DNA from: a virus
Taxonomy: Duplodnaviria; Caudoviricetes
Strand: one strand, 5' to 3'
Virus record (IMG/VR): IMGVR_UViG_3300027828_000093
Span: 1-25,563 of that record
Length of the DNA: 25,563 nucleotides
The position numbers and the translations under genes are program-made. Positions 10,301-17,410 of the stretch are shown here, piece after piece. The notes beneath the pieces were generated by a model, which had not been told where the DNA came from, did not search any database, and saw only the letters and a list, made by a program, of their open reading frames with translations. Within the stretch, counting starts at the first letter, position 1; each line of letters begins with the position of its first letter.

Positions 10301-11553
10301 TCCAGCTTGTCGGTGCTAAGAGTTTTGCCCAGTCTAGATTTTGGGAAGAACAACCTGACGTCATGAGACAGATACCAAGACATATCAGGATGAATAACTT
10401 TGTAGTTCCTACGGGTATGACTAGGATAGATGAGAAAGGTAATACAAGGCATGGCTTTTTCAATATAGCTATGGATGGTACTGTTACTCCATTTACTTAT
10501 GCTACTGATTTATTACTTGAGAAACATTATACCGGTACTATTGCTGAGGATGATTACTTCAAAGCTATTCAAGAAGCTTTAGTTAAGTATGATATCTTAC
10601 CAGAGAAACCTCAGGGTAGGATGGAGTTCGGAGAAGATTCTAATTTGGAGGCTTTAATAGAAGCTACTAATATGTATGCTAACTTAGGTGTACCTGCTTA
10701 TCAGTTATTGAGTGTGATAGCTTATGGTAGGGATTCATTCTTTAGTGATGATGTATGGAAGGGTGACCCTAATGTATCTATGGGAGAACAATTTGACCCG
10801 TTGACTCAATCAGACACAGCTATTATGTTAGGTGAAGCTTTTCCTAATACAGTATCTCCTGCTCGTGTTGATGCAGCTTTCAGAGCTTTACCGTTTAGAA
10901 GTAATACATTCTTTTTCAGCGGTTCTCAGATGGCTGATATGTATAAACGTTCACAAGACCCTGATAAGTTTTCTGCGGACTATGAAGAGTTTAATTCAGC
11001 AGCATCTCAGTTTTGGAATAATACGGCTATAGCTAGACGTGCAGTATCTTGGACACATCCAGCTGCTATTATGACTGAGGTAGAAGAGCAAGCCTTACAG
11101 CATCTAGCTGATAGAGCTAAGCATTATAATGACCAGTTGCAAAGGATAGTACAAGCTGAACGTCAGAATCCTGCTAGGGTTGAGGAAGAGATACAAAAGC
11201 TAGAAAGGATTATTGAAAAGGAAAATCCTGGCAAAGCTCAAGACCTACTGCCTGATTTATTAAAACAGATAGCTGTAGAGAATACCTATAACTCTTTGAA
11301 CTTAAAAGAGACCTTCATGTCTAAAGGTTATTGGATTAAAATAGCTAACCAACCAACCGAAGAACGTGCTGCTGTATTTCACTTCATCTATCGAACAAGA
11401 GATCAGAAGGGTAGGGACAAGATGATTAAAGCAGCTAAGTCTATGTCAGTGCAACCAGGTATGAAGGACTTTCTATCTAATGATTTCATAGCTGAGTTTG
11501 GTAGACTGATAGCAGAGGATGGGGATTTGCTACCTATTAGCTTCGATGAATAG
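7318..11553 (+). CDS. Large internal virion/ejection protein with probable LPD38-type C-terminal region
   Basis: 1411 aa, last gene of structural arm; acidic N-terminus; NPGFAVRNLPRD and YLDFAQGG...FFPYLN motifs typical of large polyvalent phage proteins. Confidence 0.65.
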   Translation: MSEIIQLPGVDLRPPEEEEEKVLPLSEEGEVINLGSEPIDLRIPDQDGLIAGDVQEGFIPLELADEEQFEDVPTNIDTEISREDTMADDVILDEIANGKDIQQSKTFQKATVTQEKLRKGNEIIQHSLAHLGMDYDGFSYVLGSEALGALETIGLPIFHLASEAIAMPQAAAETIANEFLPPVWDEYEDKNWHERVLSVKAKIQAEEGGVANFLSIDAFTEQGNRNLTKLGEWWHIAKDNTSGAAARAYAGGIENIQDLVIEQREKDLGRPLTNPEALDYIAAGTSNPALPIIQTAIETSPDALLFLYPTLSSMSRSRLRTKYLEETKVRAEAYDIFSEQRSVSIGKLDQMIPNAELLPAARAEMLEAMKRGEQFPDIVVETVNGSPTGNIAGWENVLFMKEWAKAHGVKLKNVKVRFLEKNTFTEAEVAVMRKTGNDVFTRVRENNARLKEMNKGKKKDWWSDFKTKFIDASANIKKDLFKDYGTLGTDAVMKLELIAGATAKAQMRYQDVSGLVWGKRGVNDARISYDSSIKWLDNEGKTTMVSEMELLDMYMHARRTQEVVKLTKKKGKGEKPQNFAGPIKTVEDASGVISRIGEILPKERILQFETRTQILFDEMKVMLGEMLDAGLITKETYGNMKDMHYISREFANDIDPVFHYKGKSGKAISVGDSGIVPMSYGKTDRLQRLSVEDVTAEYIARLERRMAKNKANLALLDVIDSTEGGIGWAMRGMTTKSGKAKPVPEGWQEIQVMKNGQPERMWMKDNKADEWIINDPGQAAAELGWIRVATGSAFVKPLATGFNPGFAVRNLPRDMVHAWRAGGDTYSTLAPMAFGEMMIDMIQVAPDAIFKRGRYKDYINEGGGLPLLAHQGREVFLGEAGALAQVRGGRGKWGHRYQTLKEAAGSINEFSEIWVRLAIRETVMKKQQIRGEPINSQVATWTARRYLDFAQGGTITKNLEAFFPYLNSTTQAFRTSFREYGRGNKAAMNMLAKDLQLVGAKSFAQSRFWEEQPDVMRQIPRHIRMNNFVVPTGMTRIDEKGNTRHGFFNIAMDGTVTPFTYATDLLLEKHYTGTIAEDDYFKAIQEALVKYDILPEKPQGRMEFGEDSNLEALIEATNMYANLGVPAYQLLSVIAYGRDSFFSDDVWKGDPNVSMGEQFDPLTQSDTAIMLGEAFPNTVSPARVDAAFRALPFRSNTFFFSGSQMADMYKRSQDPDKFSADYEEFNSAASQFWNNTAIARRAVSWTHPAAIMTEVEEQALQHLADRAKHYNDQLQRIVQAERQNPARVEEEIQKLERIIEKENPGKAQDLLPDLLKQIAVENTYNSLNLKETFMSKGYWIKIANQPTEERAAVFHFIYRTRDQKGRDKMIKAAKSMSVQPGMKDFLSNDFIAEFGRLIAEDGDLLPISFDE

Positions 11554-11583
11554 AGTGTTATTCAAATTTTGAATGGTATAGTT

Positions 11584-11619
11584 AAGGGGTGTATACATAG
11601 GGTATATGCCCCTTTTCTA
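11584..11619 (+). terminator. Intrinsic terminator of structural arm
   Basis: AAGGGGTGTATAC-ATAGG-GTATATGCCCCTT stem (2 G-U pairs) running into TTTTCT, 30 nt after the stop. Confidence 0.75.
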
Positions 11620-11677
11620 TCGCCTGAGAGCTTCCACATTGCGCTATAACGCTACCCTGTACCACCCTATTGATAAG

Positions 11678-11720
11678 CAAAGAAAAGCCCACCAGCGGCT
11701 ATGTGTGCAGTCTGGTGGGC
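11678..11720 (-). terminator. Intrinsic terminator of replication arm
   Basis: Perfect 9-bp stem GCCCACCAG/CTGGTGGGC followed on - strand by TTTTCTTT. Confidence 0.7.
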
Positions 11721-11766
11721 AATATATAAGTCTTATTCTAGGAAAGACTCAAGGAGGGACTATGGT

Positions 11767-12006
11767 TTAGTTTGCATCTAGTTTCTTCTTATAAGGTTTC
11801 GATATAGTTATAGAAAAAATAAGTAACGATATTATTAAACTAGAGCTACCCATTTGAAGTCCTATTTTCCAATTCCAACCGCCTCCGAATCTACCCATAA
11901 AGCCATCAGACCTTCTCCAGTGAAATCTAAAAGACCAAGTATCACTCCTACCTAATCTGTAATCTGCTATAGTAGTACTACTCCATTTTGGTAAGTCGTC
12001 CATCAC
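11767..12006 (-). CDS. Hypothetical Trp/Gly-rich protein
   Basis: AGGAG RBS upstream; last gene before terminator. Confidence 0.6.
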   Translation of the reverse strand: MMDDLPKWSSTTIADYRLGRSDTWSFRFHWRRSDGFMGRFGGGWNWKIGLQMGSSSLIISLLIFSITISKPYKKKLDAN

Positions 12007-12025
12007 TATCTCCTAAATCCTGCGG

Positions 12026-13300
12026 TTAGCTTTCCAATAATACTAAACGCTTACTGGGGCGAGTACAAGCAACATACAAACATCGAAGGGCGTCAGCTGT
12101 ATTCCTATTACTATTAATGTTGTTGACATTGACAATAGTATTTTCAAAGGTTGAACCTTGTGAACGATGTACTGTCAGAGCATGAGAATGTTTCACTTGA
12201 TGGAAGCTATCAGTCCAAGCATAGAACTCTCTCCACGGAGTTATCTTACTTCTGCATTTTTTAGCTAAGTCATCTGTATATCTTTTCCAGTCACGCTGAC
12301 CCTCTGCCGCTACGACCTGCAACACCAACGGTCGGTCTGCGCGCAAGTGCAGCCGATGCACCGGAGTGTTAGACCAAGTGAGACTTCTTACTTCATCAAT
12401 AACGAATTCATTATCAGTCATAGCAAGAATCTTACCGCTCTCATCAACGATAGGGGCAGTTGTAACAATAGTCTCTCCTGCTATGAACTCAGGGAGTGAT
12501 GATTCTCCATGTACTATTCTACGTACTGCTTCGTTATTGCGGTCTACCATCTTGTTAGTCCAAGCTAAGTAACGACAGTAGTTATTATCTTTCTTGTATT
12601 CTTCTGAATTAAAGAACTGTTCAAGTAATCTCTTCTCTCCGTCTAATCCCATTTCCCAACTTAGTTCTGGTGTGTTGGTACTGAAGCATTGTGGTCGCCA
12701 GTACATACCTTCATCAATCATCTGACGAATCTCAATAGATAGACGGATGATAGGATTATCTTCAGCTTGTCTTACAACTTCTGTTATCTCTACTTTATTC
12801 TCAGTATCAAATGTAAGACTATACTTCTCACCTACAGGTGGTAGCTGTTTAGGGTCACCGATGAAACATACTTCATAATCCCACTGTTCAACTAGGTCTT
12901 TGATAATGAACTTGTATAGTTGCTCGTTGACCATTGAAGTTTCATCTATCAAAACGATGTCCCAGTCTTTCTGTGTGAATGGTCCTGGATTTCTAATGTC
13001 TTGAGTTATAACTTGTTTAGTACCTTTACGTTGTAACTTCAGACCAAGAAAGGAATAGATAGTACAACAGAATACATTCTGTATACCAGCATCAAAGAGT
13101 TTATCTCTGATAACCTTTACTGCCTTATTTGTCGGGGCAGTTACAACAACTCGTTTCTCTGTACATCGACAAAATTCTACAATAGCTGTAGTCTTACCTG
13201 TACCTGCATAGCCTTCCACCAGTTTAACTTGGGTTTCATCTTCCATTAAATCAATGGCGGCATTTTGCAATTCCGTTAGTTTAAACTCAGATGAGTTCAT
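12026..13300 (-). CDS. Dda/RecD-like SF1B DNA helicase
   Basis: GYAGTGKT, APTNKA, IDETSM, GDPKQLPPV, VVRQ, TVHRSQGSTF, YVACTR; start ATG 13300 after GGAGAGG. Confidence 0.92.
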   Translation of the reverse strand: MNSSEFKLTELQNAAIDLMEDETQVKLVEGYAGTGKTTAIVEFCRCTEKRVVVTAPTNKAVKVIRDKLFDAGIQNVFCCTIYSFLGLKLQRKGTKQVITQDIRNPGPFTQKDWDIVLIDETSMVNEQLYKFIIKDLVEQWDYEVCFIGDPKQLPPVGEKYSLTFDTENKVEITEVVRQAEDNPIIRLSIEIRQMIDEGMYWRPQCFSTNTPELSWEMGLDGEKRLLEQFFNSEEYKKDNNYCRYLAWTNKMVDRNNEAVRRIVHGESSLPEFIAGETIVTTAPIVDESGKILAMTDNEFVIDEVRSLTWSNTPVHRLHLRADRPLVLQVVAAEGQRDWKRYTDDLAKKCRSKITPWREFYAWTDSFHQVKHSHALTVHRSQGSTFENTIVNVNNINSNRNTADALRCLYVACTRPSKRLVLLES

Positions 13301-14495
13301 AGCGCACCTCTCCTGTTGCATCTATATTACGTTTAATTATATTCATTTGCTCTAGTGTTACTGATACTACTTCAAGTGTCTCTGGGTCTACATCTGTATA
13401 AAAAGTCTTCATTAGTTGAGACCTAGTTATAACATGACCTCGACCGCTGTTGGTAATTATATACTCCATAATCTTCTGAGTAATCTGACCATACCTACTA
13501 GCACCAAGACCGCCAAAGGTTTTAACCATCTTAACCTCTGCAGATTCTAATACTTCCTTAGCTCTACTAAAATCAAGGTCAGTTATAATCATATCGTTAC
13601 CACGACTTACAGACATAATCATTGCCAGTTTCTTTATGTGTGTAGGTCTACGCTCACAATAACCTGCGAATCTTGGGTCAGCTATTGGAGGTTTCTCGTT
13701 AGCTATTTTTGTATCTTCATTTTGATACCACTCCTCATACATCTGTTGTGCAGTTTCAGTGAACTCCATCGGTCCTGCTAAAGTTACCACCTGTTCAAGG
13801 TCTTGTATTAGACGACCTCTTAATGCCTTTGATTCTTCCGATACAGTTGGATTAGGTATTGTCTTACCTTTTGTTTCTTCAACTATAAAGATAACACGAG
13901 ATGTAAAACCACCACCAACTGCTTCTTGTGGAAGGATAGACTGTAACCAGTCAGGTGCAGTTGCGCCCAATAAGTTAACGCACATACCTGCAACTTCTTC
14001 CTTACCACCACCCTTAGTTTCATACGTCCATTTATCTGCTGAGTCATACCAGTCAGTTAGGTTGGATAGAAACTTCAAGTCAGCCTGTCCAAGAAACACA
14101 GCAAGTTCATCTGAGAAGATTGTAATAGAGCAATGTATCTGAGGTGACTGTGGATATTGAGGGTCAATAAAATTCATCTGGGCATTTTGCATTGCCTTGA
14201 TTAATCCTTCCCTAGTTACACTCTCACTCACCATACGAACTTCTTTCACGTTGCGGATTAAATCTTTACCTAATCCCATTGCTGTACCTTTACGCGCCCT
14301 ACCACTAGGACCACAAAGTATTATATAGAAGTTGGGGTATAACTTCTGATGTCCCCAATCCATCCAGACTCTACGTTGTAGTGTAGCAGCAAGGACACTA
14401 ATACCTGTCCATAGATGATAACTCTTCTTAGGCTCTGTGTTCTTAGTATACTCTAAGTAGGAAGATAACCAATCACCCGCCTCTCTGTAAGCCAT
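13287..14495 (-). CDS. DUF3987-type P-loop ATPase/helicase
   Basis: LYPNFYIILCGPSGRARKGTA Walker A, SDEL Walker B, LTDWYD, NLLGATAP, GGGFTSRVIF. Confidence 0.8.
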   Translation of the reverse strand: MAYREAGDWLSSYLEYTKNTEPKKSYHLWTGISVLAATLQRRVWMDWGHQKLYPNFYIILCGPSGRARKGTAMGLGKDLIRNVKEVRMVSESVTREGLIKAMQNAQMNFIDPQYPQSPQIHCSITIFSDELAVFLGQADLKFLSNLTDWYDSADKWTYETKGGGKEEVAGMCVNLLGATAPDWLQSILPQEAVGGGFTSRVIFIVEETKGKTIPNPTVSEESKALRGRLIQDLEQVVTLAGPMEFTETAQQMYEEWYQNEDTKIANEKPPIADPRFAGYCERRPTHIKKLAMIMSVSRGNDMIITDLDFSRAKEVLESAEVKMVKTFGGLGASRYGQITQKIMEYIITNSGRGHVITRSQLMKTFYTDVDPETLEVVSVTLEQMNIIKRNIDATGEVRYELI

Positions 14496-16014
14496 CTGCT
14501 GCTTCCCTTATAAGTTTAGCTTGTTGGTCACCGTCTGATACTAAGGGGACTTCAACCATATCACTAAGGTTAAAACCAATCTTCATATCTGACCCAATCT
14601 CAAACTCTCTAGCTCCAGCTTTTAATGTAGGGTTCATGTAATCTGCTGCTTTGACAATACCATCACCTAAGTTAATTGCATCTAGTGGAACTTGCAAGGT
14701 AATGTTATCATGTACACAACGTACTAACTCGAAGCCTTCCATAGATGGTGTATCATCATAATAGATATCACACATAGCACGATTGACAAGCTCACCTACT
14801 GTTGACTGTGGGATATAACTATATGCAGCACGCAACAGGTTGTGGTCTATAGCACCTAAGAAACGATAAGGTCTTCCGAATAGATTAAGAAGAATCCTAC
14901 CATGCTCCAATAGGTTTGTCTTTGTAGTTTCGTAGTATTGTCTGATACCTGGGTATGTGCTATGATAGAAGTCAACAATAGTCTTAGCTTCTTTGTCGGT
15001 AATCTCGTTGATAAGTCCGAATCCTCTGAATGATTCATCATAGTTCAAACCGTGATTACTTTTCTTACCGCACTGGCGTATAGACATAGTACGAGGTAGC
15101 CAACTATCTAGGTATGGTTGCATCTCAGGCATATCTTCACGTATACGTTTAATTAAACCTGGGTCATTATGGTGACCTACTAGTTTGTTTTCCTTCTGGA
15201 TTATTTCCTCAGGTACGTTAAACATATTATGAGCTGTGTATGCGTGTGGGTCAGAGCCAGACTCGATACAGTTAATCATACTGATATCACCTGATGCGTA
15301 TGCCACTACTACCCATTCAGCTTGAGCCTTATCTATATCAATAAGAATACACCCTTCATCAGCTTCTAAGAATCTTAAGAAAGCTGGGTCAAGGTTCTGC
15401 ATATTCATACCAGTGTTGAAGATGGTCTTACTACTGGCAAGTCTAGCAAACTTAGTACCCCGAGGTGCATAGTTACAACGAAGTCTATCATCGGAGTCAA
15501 AGGTCATATCAAGATATGTACCCTTTAGCTTAGATAGTTTCTTCCATCTCTGGATAAGAGTAGCTTCTCTTAATCCTCTACGACTAGCTGTACCACGAGC
15601 TATCCTTTGTAAAGCCTTATCGTCACAAGTCGGTACACTATCTCCGTTTGAATTCTTCTTCATGTACGGAGGTATAGACTTCTCTATGTAAAAATAAGTT
15701 TGCATATCCTTTGGAGAGTTGGGGTTAAGATGTCTACCGCATATAGCATCAATCTCTATAGCAAGTTTATCCATCTCTTCACCGACACGTTTAGATTCAA
15801 GGGATAGTGTTTCCCTATTAACCTTAATACCACGTGACATCATGTACATACAAGGACCGAACAGCTCTATAGTATGGTCATACGTCTCTCTGAAGTTAGG
15901 CATATCCTTGAACGATGAAATATCAAGCTCGTTCATATATTCTTCTGCACACTCGTAAGTTATAAAGCAGTCCTTAGCATTATACCTTAGTGTTTGTTCT
16001 GAAGTTATAGCCAT
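14473..16014 (-). CDS. DNA polymerase family A, polymerase subunit (begins with ExoIII motif)
   Basis: TKFARLASS, NMQN, motif A DIDKAQAE, motif B RQCGKKSNHGLNY, motif C VHDN; N-terminal YNAKD; AGGA RBS. Confidence 0.92.
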   Translation of the reverse strand: MAITSEQTLRYNAKDCFITYECAEEYMNELDISSFKDMPNFRETYDHTIELFGPCMYMMSRGIKVNRETLSLESKRVGEEMDKLAIEIDAICGRHLNPNSPKDMQTYFYIEKSIPPYMKKNSNGDSVPTCDDKALQRIARGTASRRGLREATLIQRWKKLSKLKGTYLDMTFDSDDRLRCNYAPRGTKFARLASSKTIFNTGMNMQNLDPAFLRFLEADEGCILIDIDKAQAEWVVVAYASGDISMINCIESGSDPHAYTAHNMFNVPEEIIQKENKLVGHHNDPGLIKRIREDMPEMQPYLDSWLPRTMSIRQCGKKSNHGLNYDESFRGFGLINEITDKEAKTIVDFYHSTYPGIRQYYETTKTNLLEHGRILLNLFGRPYRFLGAIDHNLLRAAYSYIPQSTVGELVNRAMCDIYYDDTPSMEGFELVRCVHDNITLQVPLDAINLGDGIVKAADYMNPTLKAGAREFEIGSDMKIGFNLSDMVEVPLVSDGDQQAKLIREAADGLQRGG

Positions 16015-16022
16015 GACAATTC

Positions 16023-16382
16023 CTATATGGTAGGTTTCAATCCAGTTCTTATATTAACACCACGTTTCTTTCTACTCTCCAGGATGCTATCATTAACAGA
16101 TGCTTTATGGTTCTCTCTAGCTTGGTTGATTGACTTAGCTCTATCAGCTTTAATCTCTTCTTCTCTTGCACGAACGTGGTTTGATGCACAAGTACTTAGA
16201 GCTTTGAAATTAGATAAAGACTCAGAACCATCTAGAGCTACAACATACTCAAGTGGCTGAGCTAAGATATCTTCTTCTGTTTCTATCCTGATAAATTGTT
16301 CTTTAGAATCATTGGGCATTTCATTCTTGTATGCTAAGAAATCCCGTTCCTTTAAAGCTATTACTCCAATTTTTTCACTCAT
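16023..16382 (-). CDS. Hypothetical protein between the two polymerase parts
   Basis: AAGGA RBS, 119 aa; alpha/beta N-half, charged helical and basic C-half. Confidence 0.7.
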   Translation of the reverse strand: MSEKIGVIALKERDFLAYKNEMPNDSKEQFIRIETEEDILAQPLEYVVALDGSESLSNFKALSTCASNHVRAREEEIKADRAKSINQARENHKASVNDSILESRKKRGVNIRTGLKPTI

Positions 16383-16384
16383 GA

Positions 16385-17410
16385 CTAATCATCCTTTTTA
16401 ATAGGTTTATGTTCAAGTTCATCTTTCCAGTATGGATACTTAGTATATATACTAGCTAAGAAAGATAGACCCTTCAAGAAATCAGGATACATAATACTGT
16501 GACTCATCATTGTATCTTCTAACTTAGGTTCATCCGGTTTATAGCCAGTAGTAAATATTCCCATAGTATAGATTAAGAAATGAATATCAAAGATACCATT
16601 CTGTGCAATCTTAATTACGTTAGGATTCTCAAGTAACTTAGCTAGTTCTTCCCATATAGTAATCTCCTCTTCAATAGTCCATCTATCATCAACAGGAATA
16701 GAACAACCAGTACCTGCTTTATCTGAAAAACCGATACAAGATGTTATAAAGTTGCTCACCTCAATATCAAAGGCTACACGTTTACCGTCCACATTCATAT
16801 CTCGAATCATCTTAACAGCTTGTGATAAGTCTGCAGGTATACTGATACGAATACTAGGAGCCCACATCAATTCCTCTGCACACTCTTTAGCTTTCTTGAG
16901 GTCATGAGATATATAGTGTCGCCATAAATAATTAGTGCGAACTGTATTCTTAACGTGGATAGTAGGTATAACTAAACGATTCTCTTTAGGAGTCTTATAA
17001 GGAAAGCCTCTTATCTTATTGATACTAGACTCACCTGTCAGAGCATACATAGTTAACTCTCCCATAGCCACAATAACTTTAGGACTATGTTCAGTTATGA
17101 ATTGATGTAGACTCTCTCGGTAATGTTTAATATCTCCTTTGAGTTGGCTAGGACCTTTAGCTCCCTTCTCTCTCCAGATTTTCTTTATATCTTTTTGGTC
17201 GTATACAAAGTTAGTCATACATACCTGAGATGTAAGTAGACCTGCCTGATGTAGGCATTGTTGTAGTATACTACCAGCTTGAGACGAAAAAGGTTTACCA
17301 TCTTTAATAGCCCAACCATCAGGACAGTCACCAACAATTAAGATGTCTGCCTTCGGGTTACCTGCTATAGGACGATTAGTGCTCCTCGTCTGCTTCGGCA
17401 TGAACGACAT
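16385..17410 (-). CDS. Uracil-DNA glycosylase-like domain fused to 3'-5' exonuclease (ExoI/ExoII); N-terminal part of split PolA
   Basis: GNPKADILIVGDCP...GKPF..AG..L, TN, IVAMGE, PTIH (family-4 UDG fold); FDIE, QNGIFD, EDTM..H (DEDD exonuclease); start 17410 after GGAG. Confidence 0.85.
   Translation of the reverse strand: MSFMPKQTRSTNRPIAGNPKADILIVGDCPDGWAIKDGKPFSSQAGSILQQCLHQAGLLTSQVCMTNFVYDQKDIKKIWREKGAKGPSQLKGDIKHYRESLHQFITEHSPKVIVAMGELTMYALTGESSINKIRGFPYKTPKENRLVIPTIHVKNTVRTNYLWRHYISHDLKKAKECAEELMWAPSIRISIPADLSQAVKMIRDMNVDGKRVAFDIEVSNFITSCIGFSDKAGTGCSIPVDDRWTIEEEITIWEELAKLLENPNVIKIAQNGIFDIHFLIYTMGIFTTGYKPDEPKLEDTMMSHSIMYPDFLKGLSFLASIYTKYPYWKDELEHKPIKKDD

Noticed and set aside
16015-16387. 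Intron, intein, stop-codon readthrough or T4 gene 60-style bypass joining the polymerase halves
   Set aside because: The gap is filled by an ORF with no visible group I/II or intein motifs; TAG readthrough meets TGA two codons later; no matching in-frame GAT landing codon precedes the polymerase ATG
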